Source: Eledone cirrhosa (taxonomy: Eukaryota). From it: a DNA stretch of 64,000 bases. Location: assembly GCA_964016885.1 (NCBI GenBank), contig OZ024755.1, positions 18,166,001 to 18,230,000 of the forward strand. Reading direction: 5' to 3'. The notes beneath the pieces were generated by a model. It was not told the origin of the DNA. It saw only the letters and a program-made list of their open reading frames with translations, and did no database searches. Shown here piece after piece: positions 1-13,157 of this stretch. Each line of letters opens with the position of its first letter. The first letter of the stretch is position 1. The translations under genes were made by a program, and so were the position numbers.

Positions 1-822
1 CATCACTATACCATCTCTACCATCACTATATCATCTCTATACCATCTATATCATCTCTATACCATCTCTACCATCACTATATCATCTCTATACCATCTCT
101 ACCATCACTATACCATCTCTATACCATCTCTACCATCACTATATCATCTCTATATCATCTCTATATCATCTCTACCATCACTATATCATCTCTATACCAT
201 CTCTACCATCACTATACCATCTCTATACCATCTCTACCATCACTATATCATCTCTATACCATCTCTACCATCACTATACCATCTCTATACCATCTCTACC
301 ATCACTATATCATCTCTATATCATCTCTATACCATCTCTACCATCACTATATCATCTCTATACCATCTCTACCATCACTATACCATCTCTACCATCACTA
401 TACCATCTCTACCATCACTATATCATCTCTATACCATCTCTACCATCTCTATATCATCTCTATACCATCACTATACCATCTCTATACCATCTCTACCATC
501 ACTATATCATCTCTATACCATCTCTACCATCTCTATATCATCTCTATACCATCACTATACCATCTCTACCATCACTATACCATCTCTACCATCTCTATAC
601 CATCACTATACCATCTCTACCATCACTATACCATCTCTATACCATCTCTACCATCACTATACCATCTCTATACCATCTCTACCATCACTATATCATCTCT
701 ACCATCACTATACCATCTCTACCATCACTATACCATCTCTATACCATCACTATATCATCTCTATACCATCACTATACCATCTCTATACCATCTCTATACC
801 ATCCCTATATCATCTATACCAT
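1..822. repeat. Minisatellite of 9-11 bp units (CCATCTCTA / CCATCACTATA / TCATCTCTATA)
   Basis: Continuous tandem units from the window start up to the acceptor at 828. Confidence 0.95.
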
Positions 823-828
823 CTTCAG

Positions 829-936
829 GATCAACTGAATCAAGAGATGTTAACGAAGTCTGCAGACCAAGAGAAATTTGAATTATATGACATTATAAAA
901 GAAAATGAACTGAAGATTGCTGCCCTTGAGGAACAG
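829..936 (+). CDS. Internal exon of a coiled-coil protein gene (DQLNQEMLTKSADQEKFELYDIIKENELKIAALEEQ)
   Basis: ttcag| acceptor, |gtaaat donor, 108 nt open in phase 0, heptad-like composition. Confidence 0.75.
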
Positions 937-1329
937 GTAAATATCTATTTACATCTTACCTTTACCTTCTGATTCTTAATGAACTGAAGATTGCTGCCCT
1001 GTAGGAACAGGTAAATGCCTTTACTCTCCAATTCTTAGTTTTCTCCCCACAAACGTCTAACCCTCTCACACACATTCTCTCTCTCTCTCTCTCTCTCTCA
1101 TTCTCTCTTTCTTCTTTTGCTTTGCAGAAGAATTATTTCAACCATTTTTTTACTGTTTCTATGGTGGGAGGTACTTCCTAACAATAACCAATTTAGAGAG
1201 TTTATTGAATGCATTTTATCATGGCATAAGCACTAGTGGCCTCACATGTCATCTCTTAACATCCTGTAAGGATTTACAAGAAAATATTTTAAAAGGGTTT
1301 GTTAGTTCAAATGATTATAGTATCTATAC

Positions 1330-1606
1330 CCACCTCTCACTGTAAAGTGGTCATGTAGGTGTCACAACAAAAAAAAAAGCACCCAGTCCACACTGTAAAG
1401 TGGTCATGTAAGCGCCACGGTAAAAAGCACCCAGTACTCACTGAAAATGAGGTTGGTGTTAGGAAGGGCATCCAGCTGTAGAAATCGAGCCAAAATCAGT
1501 TCCGTATGAGTAAGACTTGGTCATCTGACCTGGCATTGCCCACAACAGAACAACCCATCTAACCCATACTAGCGTGGAAGAATGGACGTAAAACAGTGAT
1601 GATGAT
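1330..1606 (+). mobile_element. RTE-LINE 3' UTR/tail fragment
   Basis: TGGTGTTAGGAAGGGCATCCAGC...AACCCAT...GGACGT...(GAT)n shared with 26480-26955. Confidence 0.7.
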
Positions 1607-1804
1607 GGACAAATCTATGTGAAAATTTGCAATATTACATAAAGTAAAGATTTTAGTTTTCAATGTGATGCAGTCTTAGTATTGTTTTCTACTTTTTAAG
1701 AATGTCTTGTTGGTGTGGTTTTATGTGGTACATGTATGCTAAGAATTAATTTGAAGGTATTGCTGGCTGGTCTTAGATTTTTCTTTGTGATTTTATTTTG
1801 CTAG

Positions 1805-1924
1805 ATTGTTATCAACAGTGAGGAATGGAAGAACGAGAAAGCAGATCTCATAGTGGAACTCAATGAAGCAAAACATGGCTTTGTACGTGGTGTGGAGATG
1901 ACTCTACCATTGGTTATAGAAAAT
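1805..1924 (+). CDS. Next exon of the same gene (IVINSEEWKNEKADLIVELNEAKHGFVRGVEMTLPLVIEN)
   Basis: T-rich tract + ctag| acceptor, |gtgagt donor, 120 nt open in phase 0, in frame with 829-936. Confidence 0.75.
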
Positions 1925-1964
1925 GTGAGTATTGTCAAGAAAATATCATCAAAACACGTTATAT

Positions 1965-2292
1965 ATAGAAACCTACTGTCAGTAGGCACCTCTTAACTCA
2001 ATGTACACCCCACCGCCACACCCTACTACACCCTCCTTCCCCCGTTCCATCCACTGTGTTGATGACACAACAGTTCACACTGTAAGGTGGCCGTGTAGGA
2101 GACACGGTGAAAAGGCTCCCAGTCAACACTGTAAATGTGGTTGGTGCTAGGAAGGGTATCCAGCTGTAAAAAAAACTTGCCAGAGACACTTCCGTGCAAG
2201 CGAGACATGGTCTCCTAACCATTCCCGCATCAAATGGAACAAAACCGTCTAACCCATGCTAGCGTGGAAGATGGACGTTAAATGATGATGAT

Positions 2293-2293
<1 letters not shown>
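1965..2293 (+). mobile_element. RTE-LINE 3' UTR/tail fragment
   Basis: Matches 26580-26955; ends in (ATG)n. Confidence 0.75.
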
Positions 2294-2349
<56 letters not shown>

Positions 2350-2442
2350 TGGCAACATGAATGGACCTGTTATTTTTCTCTAAAAATATTTTTATCCAAT
2401 TTCACCCTGCCCGTCCCTTCAATCTTTCTAATTTCTCATTCT

Positions 2443-2480
2443 TTCTTCTGATGAAGGACTAGCATCCGAAACGTTAAGAC
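2443..2480 (+). ncRNA. Minimal hammerhead ribozyme motif, family A
   Basis: tctt-CTGATGA-a-GGA ctagca TCC-GAAA-CGTT-aaga; palindromic AACGTT at stem III; cleavage register ambiguous. Confidence 0.65.
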
Positions 2481-2569
2481 CCTCTTCCTGCTATTTCAAG
2501 TGTTAACCTAATATATTCCTTCCATATACTGTACCAATTGTGTTGTTATTTCTGTTTACCTTTTACATA

Positions 2570-2623
<54 letters not shown>

Positions 2624-3022
2624 CGTATGCAGTTGAAGGCAGATATTATAATCACAGATAATGTTATAAAATATTAATGGATCAGAAAGATATTCAGTAT
2701 ATTGTTATGAATCTAGGAAAAAATGACACAAAATGTCAGAAAAATAATTCATATTTCATTTAATATAAGAGGGTAATTTCTTTAAATATATATATATAAG
2801 TTAACGAGGTATCATTTAAGGCAATCCATGTACAGTTCTCTGTATCGAGGATATTTTTAATGCTCGACATTGTTTGACTCAACAAGAAGTTTACTTAATT
2901 ATGGTGTTCGGGTGTTTATATGTATATATATATGTGTGTATATGTGTCTGGATATGTTGGGGAGGTGACTACTTGGGACCAATTCGAGTCCAGCACTAGC
3001 TCAAGGAATAATAATTTCATTA

Positions 3023-3079
<57 letters not shown>

Positions 3080-3317
3080 ACACACACACACACACATACA
3101 CACAACATACATTAATAGTTTAAATAAAACTAAAGTGAATGAATGCCTTAACTCTTTGGTTTTATTTAAACTATTAATGTATAACAGCTCTGTGTGACCC
3201 TCATTGCATTGAGCTGAAAAGACACCCTGTAAATGAGTACACTTACACCCATTAATATTATAACCATAACTATATCATATTAGTAATACTATTATATATA
3301 CTGAGTATAAGAGGGAT

Positions 3318-3662
3318 AAGTTGTGGTGTGCAGGAGAGAAGAGTGAGATGGTATGGACATGTGATGCGCATGGAGGGTGACCGCTGGGTGAGAGTGAGAT
3401 GGTATGGACATGTGATGCGCATGGAGGATGACCACTGGGTGAAGAGGTGCCAGGAAATCCCAGTAGAAGGAAGACACAGTAGAGGTAGACCACAAAAAAC
3501 ACATGAGCAGAGGTGGTGAGAGCAGACCTCAGATCGCTGAAACTCGCGGAGGAGATGACGAAGGACAAAGGACCGTGACAAGTGGAGAGATGCTGTGCTG
3601 AATAGGACACCCATCCCATCCTTGTAAGCAAGGGAAAAGTGGATGTAAAATGATGATGATGA

Positions 3663-3665
<3 letters not shown>
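3318..3665 (+). mobile_element. RTE-clade LINE 3' end fragment with a short internal duplication
   Basis: Encodes VRWYGHVMRM...GRHSRGRPQKT, typical of the RTE ORF C-terminus; (GAT)n tail. Confidence 0.85.
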
Positions 3666-3705
<40 letters not shown>

Positions 3706-4080
3706 TAAAAAAATAATGAATAAAACAATGAAACAGTTCCTTATATTAAAAAAAAAAAGTTCATTATTTAACGATCGTTTCTAGGACGTATATGTGTTAG
3801 AATTGGCATGCATATTCAACAGATCTATGTACAAAATTATACAAAATTATACAAACTATCAAATTTAATATACATACCAACACATATATATGCCATATAT
3901 ATAGTTCTTCATACGGATTGGACACTACCGTAAACTCTTGGTAGATTTATCTACATATATATATATATATATATATACAGACACAGTGAAATTACATTAT
4001 AACAAAATTTACAGGGTATAATAAACATTTGTTGTAACGAATAATTTGTTATAATGTTATTCGTTAGAACAGAATTTTAC

Positions 4081-4134
<54 letters not shown>

Positions 4135-4287
4135 GTATGGGGTTGACAGGTGAGAGAAAAGTGTACTCAATACCGAAGAAGAGTTAATATCTATTTTATT
4201 AAGGCTAAATAGTGAGTCTTGTTACTCTGGAGTTTCTCCTGTTTATCACAGAGTCATCAAACAATTCTTGTGCCTTTGTGCGATACT

Positions 4288-4410
4288 AGAGAGAGAGTGT
4301 GTGTGTCAGAGAGAGAGAGTGTGTGTGAGAGTGAGAGAGAGAGAGAGAGAGAGAATGTGTGTGTGTGTGAGAGTGAGAGAGAGAGAGTGTGTGTGTGTGA
4401 GAGAGAGAGA

Positions 4411-4441
<31 letters not shown>

Positions 4442-4551
4442 TGTGTGTGTGTGAGAGTGAGAGAGAGAGAGTGTGTGTGAGAGTGAGGTGAGAGAGAGTG
4501 TATGTGTGAGTGAGAGTGAGAGAGAGTGTGTGTGTGTGAGAGAGAGAGAGT

Positions 4552-4617
<66 letters not shown>
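4288..4617. repeat. Compound (GA)n/(GT)n microsatellite
   Basis: Direct reading. Confidence 0.95.
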
Positions 4618-4621
<4 letters not shown>

Positions 4622-4936
4622 ATAAGTTCAGTGGTTGCCAGTGAATTAAGGCTTAAATTTATATACAGGAAAAAAAAAAAAAGAAGAAAAATGAGTAATC
4701 CTCATACCACCACCCACATACAGATAAAAGTCAAGAAAATGGAGAGGACACATTATCTTGACACTAGTATAATATCATTTCTGCATAATATTTCTATTTA
4801 TGGGTGTGGGACCTGCCAAATATATTTATAAACAACAATATTACAATAGTGACCACTTACAATAGATTAATGGCCTTATGGATTTGCTTGACAACCAAAA
4901 CAACACACAGTATTACATCATGAAAGTTGTTATAAC

Positions 4937-7900
4937 TAGCTAATGTTTACCAAAGTATTTCAAATCTAGCTAAGGTGTACCAGGTATTTCAAATCTAGCT
5001 AATGTTTACCAAAGTATTTCAAATCTAGCTAATGTTTACCAAAGTATTTCAAATCTAGCTAATGTTTACCAAAGTATTTCAAATCTAGCTAAGGTGTACC
5101 AGGTATTTCAAATCTAGCTAATGTTTACCAAAGTATTTCAAATCTAGCTAATGTTTACCAAAGTATTTCAAATCTAGCTAAGGTGTACCAGGTATTTCAA
5201 ATCTAGCTAATGTTTACCAGGTATTTCAAATCTAGCTCAGGTTTACCAAAGTATTTCAAATCTAGCTAACGTGTACCAGGTATTTCAAATCTAGCTCAGG
5301 TTTACCAGGTATTTCAAATCTAGCTAATGTTTACCAAAGTATTTCAAATCTAGCTAATGTTTACCAGGTATTTCAAATCTAGCTAATGTTTACCAAAGTA
5401 TTTCAAATCTAGCTCAGGTTTACCAAAGTATTTCAAATCTAGCTAATGTTTACCAAAGTATTTCAAATCTAGCTAATGTTTACCAGGTATTTCAAATCTA
5501 GCTAATGTTTACCAGGTATTTCAAATCTAGCTAAGGTTTACCAAAGTATTTCAAATCTAGCTAATGTTTACCAAAGTATTTCAAATCTAGCTAAGGTGTA
5601 CCAGGTATTTCAAATCTAGCTAATGTTTACCAAAGTATTTCAAATCTAGCTAAGGTTTACCAAAGTATTTCAAATCTAGCTAATGTTTACCGCAGTATTT
5701 CAAATCTAGCTAAGGTGTACCAGGTATTTCAAATCTAGCTAATGTTTACCAGGTATTTCAAATCTAGCTAATGTTTACCAAAGTATTTCAAATCTAGCTC
5801 AGGTTTACCAAAGTATTTCAAATCTAGCTAATGTTTACCAGGTATTTCAAATCTAGCTAATGTTTACCAAAGTATTTCAAATCTAGCTCAGGTTTACCAA
5901 AGTATTTCAAATCTAGCTAATGTTTACCAGGTATTTCAAATCTAGCTAATGTTTACCAAAGTATTTCAAATCTAGCTAAGGTTTACCAGGTATTTCAAAT
6001 CTAGCTCAGGTTTACCAAAGTATTTCAAATCTAGCTAATGTTTACCAGGTATTTCAAATCTAGCTCAGGTTTACCAAAGTATTTCAAATCTAGCTCAGGT
6101 TTACCAAAGTATTTCAAATCTAGCTAAGGTTTACCAGGTATTTCAAATCTAGCTAAGGTGTACCAGGTATTTCAGTTAGCTAATGTGTACCAGGTATTTC
6201 ATAGTTAGCTAAGGTGTACCAGGTATTTCAGTTAGTTAATGTGTACCAGGTATTTCATAATTAGCTAAGGTGTACCAGGTATTTCAGTTAGTTAATGTGT
6301 ACCAGGTATTTCATAATTAGCTAAGGTGTACCAGGTATTTCAGTTAGTTAATGTGTACTAGGTATTTCATAGTTAGCTAAGGTGTACCAGGTATTTTATA
6401 GTTAGCTAAGATGTACCAGGTATTTTATAATTAGCTAAGGTGTACCAGGTATTTCAGTTAGCTAATGTGTACCAGGTATTTCATAGTTAGCTAAGGTGTA
6501 CCAGGTATTTCAGTTAGTTAATGTGTACCAGGTATTTCATAATTAGCTAAGGTGTACCAGGTATTTCAGTTAGTTAATGTGTACCAGGTATTTCATAGTT
6601 AGCTAAGGTGTACCAGGTATTTTATAGTTAGCTAAGATGTACCAGGTATTTTATAGTTAGCTAATGTGTACCAGGTATTTCATAGCTAACTAAGGTGTAC
6701 CAAAGTATTTCATAGTTAGCTAAGATGTACAAGGTATTCCATAGTAGCTAAGGTGTACCAAATATGTAATAGCTAACTAAGATGTACTAAAGTATTTCAT
6801 AGTTAGCTAAGGTGTACCAAATATGTCATAGTGAGCTAAGGTGTACCAAGTTTGTCTCAGCGAGCTAAGGTGTACCAAATATGTCATAGTGAGCTAAGGT
6901 GTACCAAGTTTGGCTCAGCGAGCTAAGGTGTACCAAGTTTGTCTCAGCGAGCTAAGGTGTACCAAGTTTGTCATAGTGAGCTAAGGTGTACCAAGTTTGT
7001 CTCAGCGAGCTAAGGTGTACCAAGTTTGTCATAGTGAGCTAAGGTGTACCAAGTTTGTCATAGTGAGCTAAGGTGTACCAAGTTTGTCATAGTGAGCTAA
7101 GGTGTACCAAGTTTGTCTCAGCGAGCTAAGGTGTACCAAGTTTGTCATAGTGAGCTAAGGTGTACCAAGTTTGTCTCAGCGAGCTAAGGTGTACCAAGTT
7201 TGTCATAGTGAGCTAAGGTGTACCAAGTTTGTCTCAGCGAGCTAAGGTGTACCAAGTTTGTCATAGTGAGCTAAGGTGTACCAAGTTTGTCTCAGCGAGC
7301 TAAGGTGTACCAAGTTTGTCATAGTGAGCTAAGGTGTACCAAGTTTGTCATAGCGAGCTAAGGTGTACCAAGTTTGTCATAGCGAGCTAAGGTGTACCAA
7401 GTTTGTCTCAGCGAGCTAAGGTGTACCAAGTTTGTCATAGTGAGCTAAGGTGTACCAAGTTTGTCATAGTGAGCTAAGGTGTACCAAGTTTGTCTCAGCG
7501 AGCTAAGGTGTACCAAGTTTGTCTCAGCGAGCTAAGGTGTACCAAGTTTGTCTCAGTGAGCTAAGGTGTACCAAGTTTGTCATAGTGAGCTAAGGTGTAC
7601 CAAGTTTGTCATAGCGAGCTAAGGTGTACCAAGTTTGTCTCAGTGAGCTAAGGTGTACCAAGTTTGTCATAGTGAGCTAAGGTGTACCAAGTTTGTCATA
7701 GCGAGCTAAGGTGTACCAAGTTTGTCTCAGCGAGCTAAGGTGTACCAAGTTTGTCTCAGCGAGCTAAGGTGTACCAAGTTTGTCTCAGTGAGCTAAGGTG
7801 TACCAAGTTTGTCATAGTGAGTTAAGGTGTACCAAGTTTGTCTCAGCGAGCTAAGGTGTACCAAGTTTGTCATAGTGAGCTAAGGTGTACCAAGTTTGTC

Positions 7901-8230
7901 ATAGTGAGCTAAGGTGTACCAAGTTTGTCATAGTGAGCTAAGGTGTACCAAGTTTGTCATAGTGAGCTAAGGTGTACCAAGTTTGTCTCAGCGAGCTAAG
8001 GTGTACCAAGTTTGTCATAGTGAGCTAAGGTGTACCAAGTTTGTCATAGCGAGCTAAGGTGTACCAAGTTTGTCATAGTGAGCTAAGGTGTACCAAGTTT
8101 GTCATAGCGAGCTAAGGTGTACCAAGTTTGTCATAGTGAGCTAAGGTGTACCAAGTTTGTCATAGCGAGCTAAGGTGTACCAAGTTTGTCATAGCGAACT
8201 AAAGTGCACCAAGGTATTTCATAGTTAGCT
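4937..8230. repeat. 3.3 kb intronic satellite of 29-30 bp units in three sequence zones
   Basis: Units AATCTAGCTAATGTTTACCAAAGTATTTCA, then GCTAAGGTGTACCAGGTATTTCATAGTTA, then GCTAAGGTGTACCAAGTTTGTCATAGTGA. Confidence 0.97.
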
Positions 8231-8965
8231 ATGCTGTGAACACAGGTGAAAAGCTACCTAGATAATATTGTACAGGTGAACAGCTACCTAAATGATATTG
8301 TTCCCTCGTACCTGGAAAATGCAAATAATTGAACAAAGCTGTCAAACTACAACTGAACAAAAAACCTAAACAAAAATAAAATAAAATAACTAACCTAAAT
8401 AGAATTATTGTTATTAACTGGTTAATTCATAACTGGTTAATTCATAACTAAATTTAAATGTGAGTCTTGTGTATGCAGTGTCGAACGATAACCGCACAAA
8501 CCAGTAAATGAAAGATTGTCGCGCTCTGATTCTTCAATGAAAGTTGCTTAATCTGCTTCTCTGGTGTGCAGAACTCCAGGTGCATGCCACCTAATGCTCC
8601 CAGCAGACAAAAAACAGAGAAAGCATTACCCAGGATGTTAGTAGTAAACTCTGCTTCAATAGTAATAATTAGGGAGGTGGTTTGGGGACCCAGAAAGCTA
8701 GAGGTTTCCGCTGTGTCAGGTTCAACAATAAACTTATTAGAAAGCAGCTGATTATTCTAACTATTTCATCTATGGAACAGCCCACATTTGAAATTAACAT
8801 GTAAGTGGCTGAGTATTCCACAGACATGTGCACCCTTAATGTAGTCCTCAGGGAGATTCAGTGTGATAGTGTGTGACAAAGGTGAACCTGGATTTACTAT
8901 TAACAGCAATTTTTTGATATCTAATGAATTTATAACAAAGAAAATATAACTTAATTTCATTACAG

Positions 8966-9121
8966 GTAAACCAAGATCAGCAATCAAGAAGCAGTGTTGA
9001 ACCTAGAAATGATGATCAGAGGTTAACAAACATTAGAGATCGTGATCACCGATCAACGAACATTGTTGAACCTAGAGGATGTTCAAGAAGAACAGCTCAA
9101 AAACAGCAAAGATGGCATTAA
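8966..9121 (+). CDS. Probable terminal exon of the coiled-coil gene (VNQDQQSRSSVEPRNDD...QKQQRWH*)
   Basis: tttcattacag| acceptor, 51 codons in phase 0 to TAA, AATAAA at 9306-9311. Confidence 0.5.
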   Translation, partial: VNQDQQSRSSVEPRNDDQRLTNIRDRDHRSTNIVEPRGCSRRTAQKQQRWH

Positions 9122-9314
9122 TCGATAACTTAAATGAAAGGACGGAAATTATAACCAGACTTAAAACTATACCGCCACACACACACACACATAGGTATAT
9201 ATGTACTTCTGTATGTGCGTATTTATGTGCATGTGTGTATAATATGTGTTTTTGTATAACGCCATTAACATGCTAAATATGTTCATGTATTAACAATCTA
9301 TAGAGAATAAAGTA

Positions 9315-9605
9315 TCATCATCATCATCATCACCGTTTTATGTCTGTTCTTCCACGCTAGCATGGGTTAGACTGGTTGTCCTGTTGTGGGCAGTGTCTGG
9401 TCGGCTGACCATGCCTTGCTCATACAGGAACGGATTCTGGCTTGATTTCTACAGCTGGATGCCCTTCCTAACACTAACCTCATTTACAGTGAGTGCTGGG
9501 TGCTTTTTTTTCCGTGGCGCCTACACCTCCACTTTACAGTGTTGGCTGGATGCTTTTTTGCCGTGGCACCGCCATGATCACTTTGCAGTGGGAGGGGGTG
9601 GGGGC
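9315..9605 (-). mobile_element. RTE-LINE 3' tail fragment
   Basis: Reverse complement of the shared tail; (CAT)n at the left end. Confidence 0.75.
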
Positions 9606-10187
9606 ATATTGTCTATATGCTTCATATATGTATATATAAATTTAAATAATTCTAAAAGTCATACAATACATTAGAACATTAAAGGTGCCAAGATAACAAT
9701 AGAATCTTACCTTAGAAAATTTAATAATCCCAAATATTTTCAGGTTTAAAAACCCATTATCAAGGGAGCATGCCGGTGAAGATTTTAAAGGATTGATCGG
9801 AGAGGAGGAGTTGTTATCAAGGTAGATTTAAGTTAAATGTAATGAAAAGACGTTCAAATTTCGAGCGGGCGCATTGTGAAATATGTATGTTTGAAGAAAA
9901 ACTTTGTGTTGAAAAAATGATAAAGGTAAATGATTTAGAACAACTTAATTTGTTTTATATGCTATGTGTTAAAATTGCAACTTTTCTCCTACTCCTTAAA
10001 ATTCTCCTCACTATCTGTATAAATACATTACTTTGATAACTTTGATAGGTTTCGGCCAGTATTGGCCCAGGCCATGTCTAACTTAATAGCACCACCATTG
10101 AGCTGAAATCTTCTCAATCATAATTTCTCGTGAAGTAACTTTATTTTTTCCTTATAAATTATTAAAAAAAAATAAATAGGAAGGGAT

Positions 10188-10218
<31 letters not shown>

Positions 10219-10462
10219 CATACACACATATATATATATCATGCTAGCGTGGAAGATAGACGTTAAATGATGATGATGATGATAGTGTAGGTTCCGTGAA
10301 TTACTGGTGTCAAAACAAGCACTTTATGCACATTGCCAATCTGAAGAGCAGATCGATAATGGAGTCGGGTCCATAACTCCTATGGGTGGCCTTGAGCCAA
10401 TTCTCTGTGATCTAATACATGTAAATGAAACTTCCTTGTTTTTTCTTTTATATATATATATT

Positions 10463-10783
10463 CATCATTATCATTTTACGTCCACTTTTCCCTGCTTGCC
10501 AGGGTGGGACGGGAACTGATTCTGGCTTGATTTCTACAGTTGGATGCCCTTCCTAACACCAACCTCATTTACAGTGAGTGCTTGGTGCTTTTTTGCCGTG
10601 GCACCTCCACGACCACTTTACAGTGGAATGATAGGGACCCCAGTCCTTATCTCATTTCTACAGCTGAGTAAACTGAAGCAATGTGAAATAAAGTGTCTTG
10701 CTCAAGGAAACAACACATCACCCGGTCTGAGAATTGAACTCACAACCTTTCGATTGCAAGGCCAATGCTTTAACCACTAAGCC
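10463..10783 (-). mobile_element. tRNA-derived CORE-type SINE with RTE-like tail
   Basis: Near-identical to 30783-31126. Confidence 0.85.
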
Positions 10784-10861
<78 letters not shown>

Positions 10862-10910
10862 TTCAAAATAAATATTAATAAATGAGAAATATTATCATAA
10901 CCAAAGTATA

Positions 10911-10973
10911 TATTTTATTATACATATTTCAAAGGTACATTGGTGTTTCAGTACATTTTCATCAGATAAAATA
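10911..10973 (-). ncRNA. Hammerhead ribozyme motif, family B
   Basis: rc: tattttat-CTGATGA-aaatgtac...gtaccttt-GAAA-tatgta-TA-ataaaata; 8-bp stem I. Confidence 0.8.
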
Positions 10974-11245
10974 CATACGACATGGTTATACGACATACCC
11001 CGAAGGTCTTGAATCTTCAATCCCTGTAGTGGTAGTAAGTTATTTCCCCAACACTCAACATTTATATACCACAAATAATATGATAAACTTAGAGAAGAAG
11101 ACGTAAAGCAACAAAGAAATATAGAAGGGAAGTTGAAAGGGAAGATGCGGAGAGAAAAAGAAGGGAAATAAAGAAAAGAAAAGTGCTTCTAATCTATTGT
11201 AAAATTGAATTTGTTGAATAATCAACGAACCATATAAACTTTTGG

Positions 11246-11279
<34 letters not shown>

Positions 11280-11489
11280 CGTTTCTGAATTTGTTTAGCA
11301 AGATTCTTTATCTGAAAACGTGTGTTGAAACCGATATTGTTATGCTTTGGGAGGGTCATGTTGCCAATAAGAAACACACGCACCAGTTGCTTTCACTCCA
11401 ATTTATTATAAATTAAATTTATAAATTTAAGAATTTATAAATTTCCGGTTGGTTGGTTGGTTCCACAACCGGACGGTTGTTCATATATT

Positions 11490-11532
11490 GTCAAAGTTCT
11501 TTCGTCACACATTCTGTGACCTCTTCAGTGAC
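11490..11532 (-). ncRNA. Hammerhead ribozyme motif, family D (left arm)
   Basis: Reverse complement of 11609-11651. Confidence 0.7.
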
Positions 11533-11608
11533 TGGGATTCTTTTCTTTGTTCAAGATGGCGTAGGACAGAACAAAGGAGAGGCACAAAAACAAAGAAAAG
11601 AATCTCCA

Positions 11609-11651
11609 GTCACTGAAGAGGTCACAGAATGTGTGACGAAAGAACTTTGAC
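11609..11651 (+). ncRNA. Hammerhead ribozyme motif, family D (right arm)
   Basis: gtca-CTGAAGA-g-GTCAC agaatgt GTGAC-GAAA-gaac-TT-tgac; stem I gtca/tgac. Confidence 0.7.
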
Positions 11652-11954
11652 AATATATGAACAACCGTCCGGTTGTGGAACCAAACAACCAACCGGAAAT
11701 TTATAAATTCTTAAATTTATAAAAAATTGGAGTGAAAGCAACTGGTGCGTCTGTTTCTTGTTGGCAACATGACCCTCCCAAAGCATAACAATATATATAT
11801 ATATATATACATACATGTGTGTGTATATATGTGTATACATCTAATAGGTTGGATACAAAGTCCTGTTGGATTTTGGACAAAGAAAGGAAAAGATGTTTAT
11901 TTGGTTATGATGGATATATTCAATCAAGATAATATTGTTCATAATTTTTAATAA

Positions 11955-12510
11955 CACTAGCAGAAAAACCACCCATGCTAGCATGTGTAGTGTACATATT
12001 GATATTATACGCAAATATCTATGCATATAGATATGATATGTCAAATAAAATCGTAATTGACAATATGCACAGAAATTGAACGAAGTCTGTGTTACACTCT
12101 CTTCTGTAATCAGTAAAGTAATTCATGATACATTAAAAAAAAACGATATTATATATAAACTGCATATAAGATAAACTAAAATTTTATGAAAATGAAAAAG
12201 GAGAAAATTAGCGACGGAAATATAAACAATTTATAATTATGCAAATATATGAACGTTTATATAAGTGATGTGATGAGTGTTATGATATAACGGACGCTAA
12301 CCGAAAGTGTTGACATTTGAAAATTTTAAAGAAGTGAATCTTAAAATAAGCAATACTTTATATATAAGAATATTTATGTTTAATGAAGGGCTATGAAATT
12401 TAGTAGATAAATTACAAAATATTCATTCATTATTTATTCAAAGTAATCCAACTTATTTTACTAACAGGATAAAAAAATATAAAACAGGACTTGCACTCCT
12501 CCCTTTATTA
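11955..12510. mobile_element. Interspersed repeat beginning ACTAGCAGAAAA (Helentron/MITE-like); second copy at 42966-43410
   Basis: Long near-identical sequence at both loci; terminal hairpin CTAGCAGAAAA...TTTTCTGCTAG in the second copy. Confidence 0.6.
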
Positions 12511-12518
12511 TATTATAG

Positions 12519-13157
12519 ACTAGCAGTGGTACCCGCCGTTGTACGGGATAGGGTATTTTGGAACGCAGGCCGCCAACAGACCTAATCGTGGAAAAACTGC
12601 ATGCCTGGACAATATGTAAAGAAAATAAACTGAATACTCTGGTGGCTGGATAATCTTTAAGATTTTCCTCGATGAAGCAGGAAAAATGCAGGTTTTCACC
12701 TAATGCGGGCCCTAGGTGATCAAGAAAATGAATTTTTTTTATGTCCATAATATGCCTTGAAATTTCGGGAAAATCGGTTAGACGTAACGCCTCGAAAAGA
12801 GCCCTAAAAAGCTGAAAAAAAATGAAAATCCAACTTTTTTATGGCCTAAAAAAGTTGGATTTTCTTTACTCATGGTATGAAGGAGAGACTGACTAATACA
12901 TAGTTACAATTTCAAGGAAATCGGTCTGACATAATGCCTCAAAAAAACCCCTAAAAATCTGAAAAAACGCAGTTTTTCACCTAATGCGGGCCCTAGGGGA
13001 TCAAAAAGTTGAATTTTTTATGTGCATAACACTCCCTGAAATATAAGTAATACACATGTAAAGTTTGACAAAAAATCGGTTGAGTACTTCTCAAGTTTTA
13101 GGGATTCAAACTCAGACACACACACAGACAGACATCCTCAGTTTTATATATATAGAT
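12519..13157 (+). mobile_element. Non-autonomous Helentron-associated (HINE/DINE-1-like) element
   Basis: ACTAG...CCCG..CGGG subterminal stem at one end, (CAGA/CACA) tract + TTTTATATATATAGAT at the other; internal duplication. Confidence 0.6.

Larger units (their letters stand above)
11334..11794. mobile_element. Fold-back (inverted repeat) cassette, Penelope pseudo-LTR-like, (TA)n-flanked
   Basis: ~210-bp inverted arms with a short spacer; one hammerhead per arm; homologous to 24752-25197. Confidence 0.75.

Noticed and set aside
829-9121. Gene symbol for the coiled-coil gene
   Set aside because: The peptide is too generic to name without a database search
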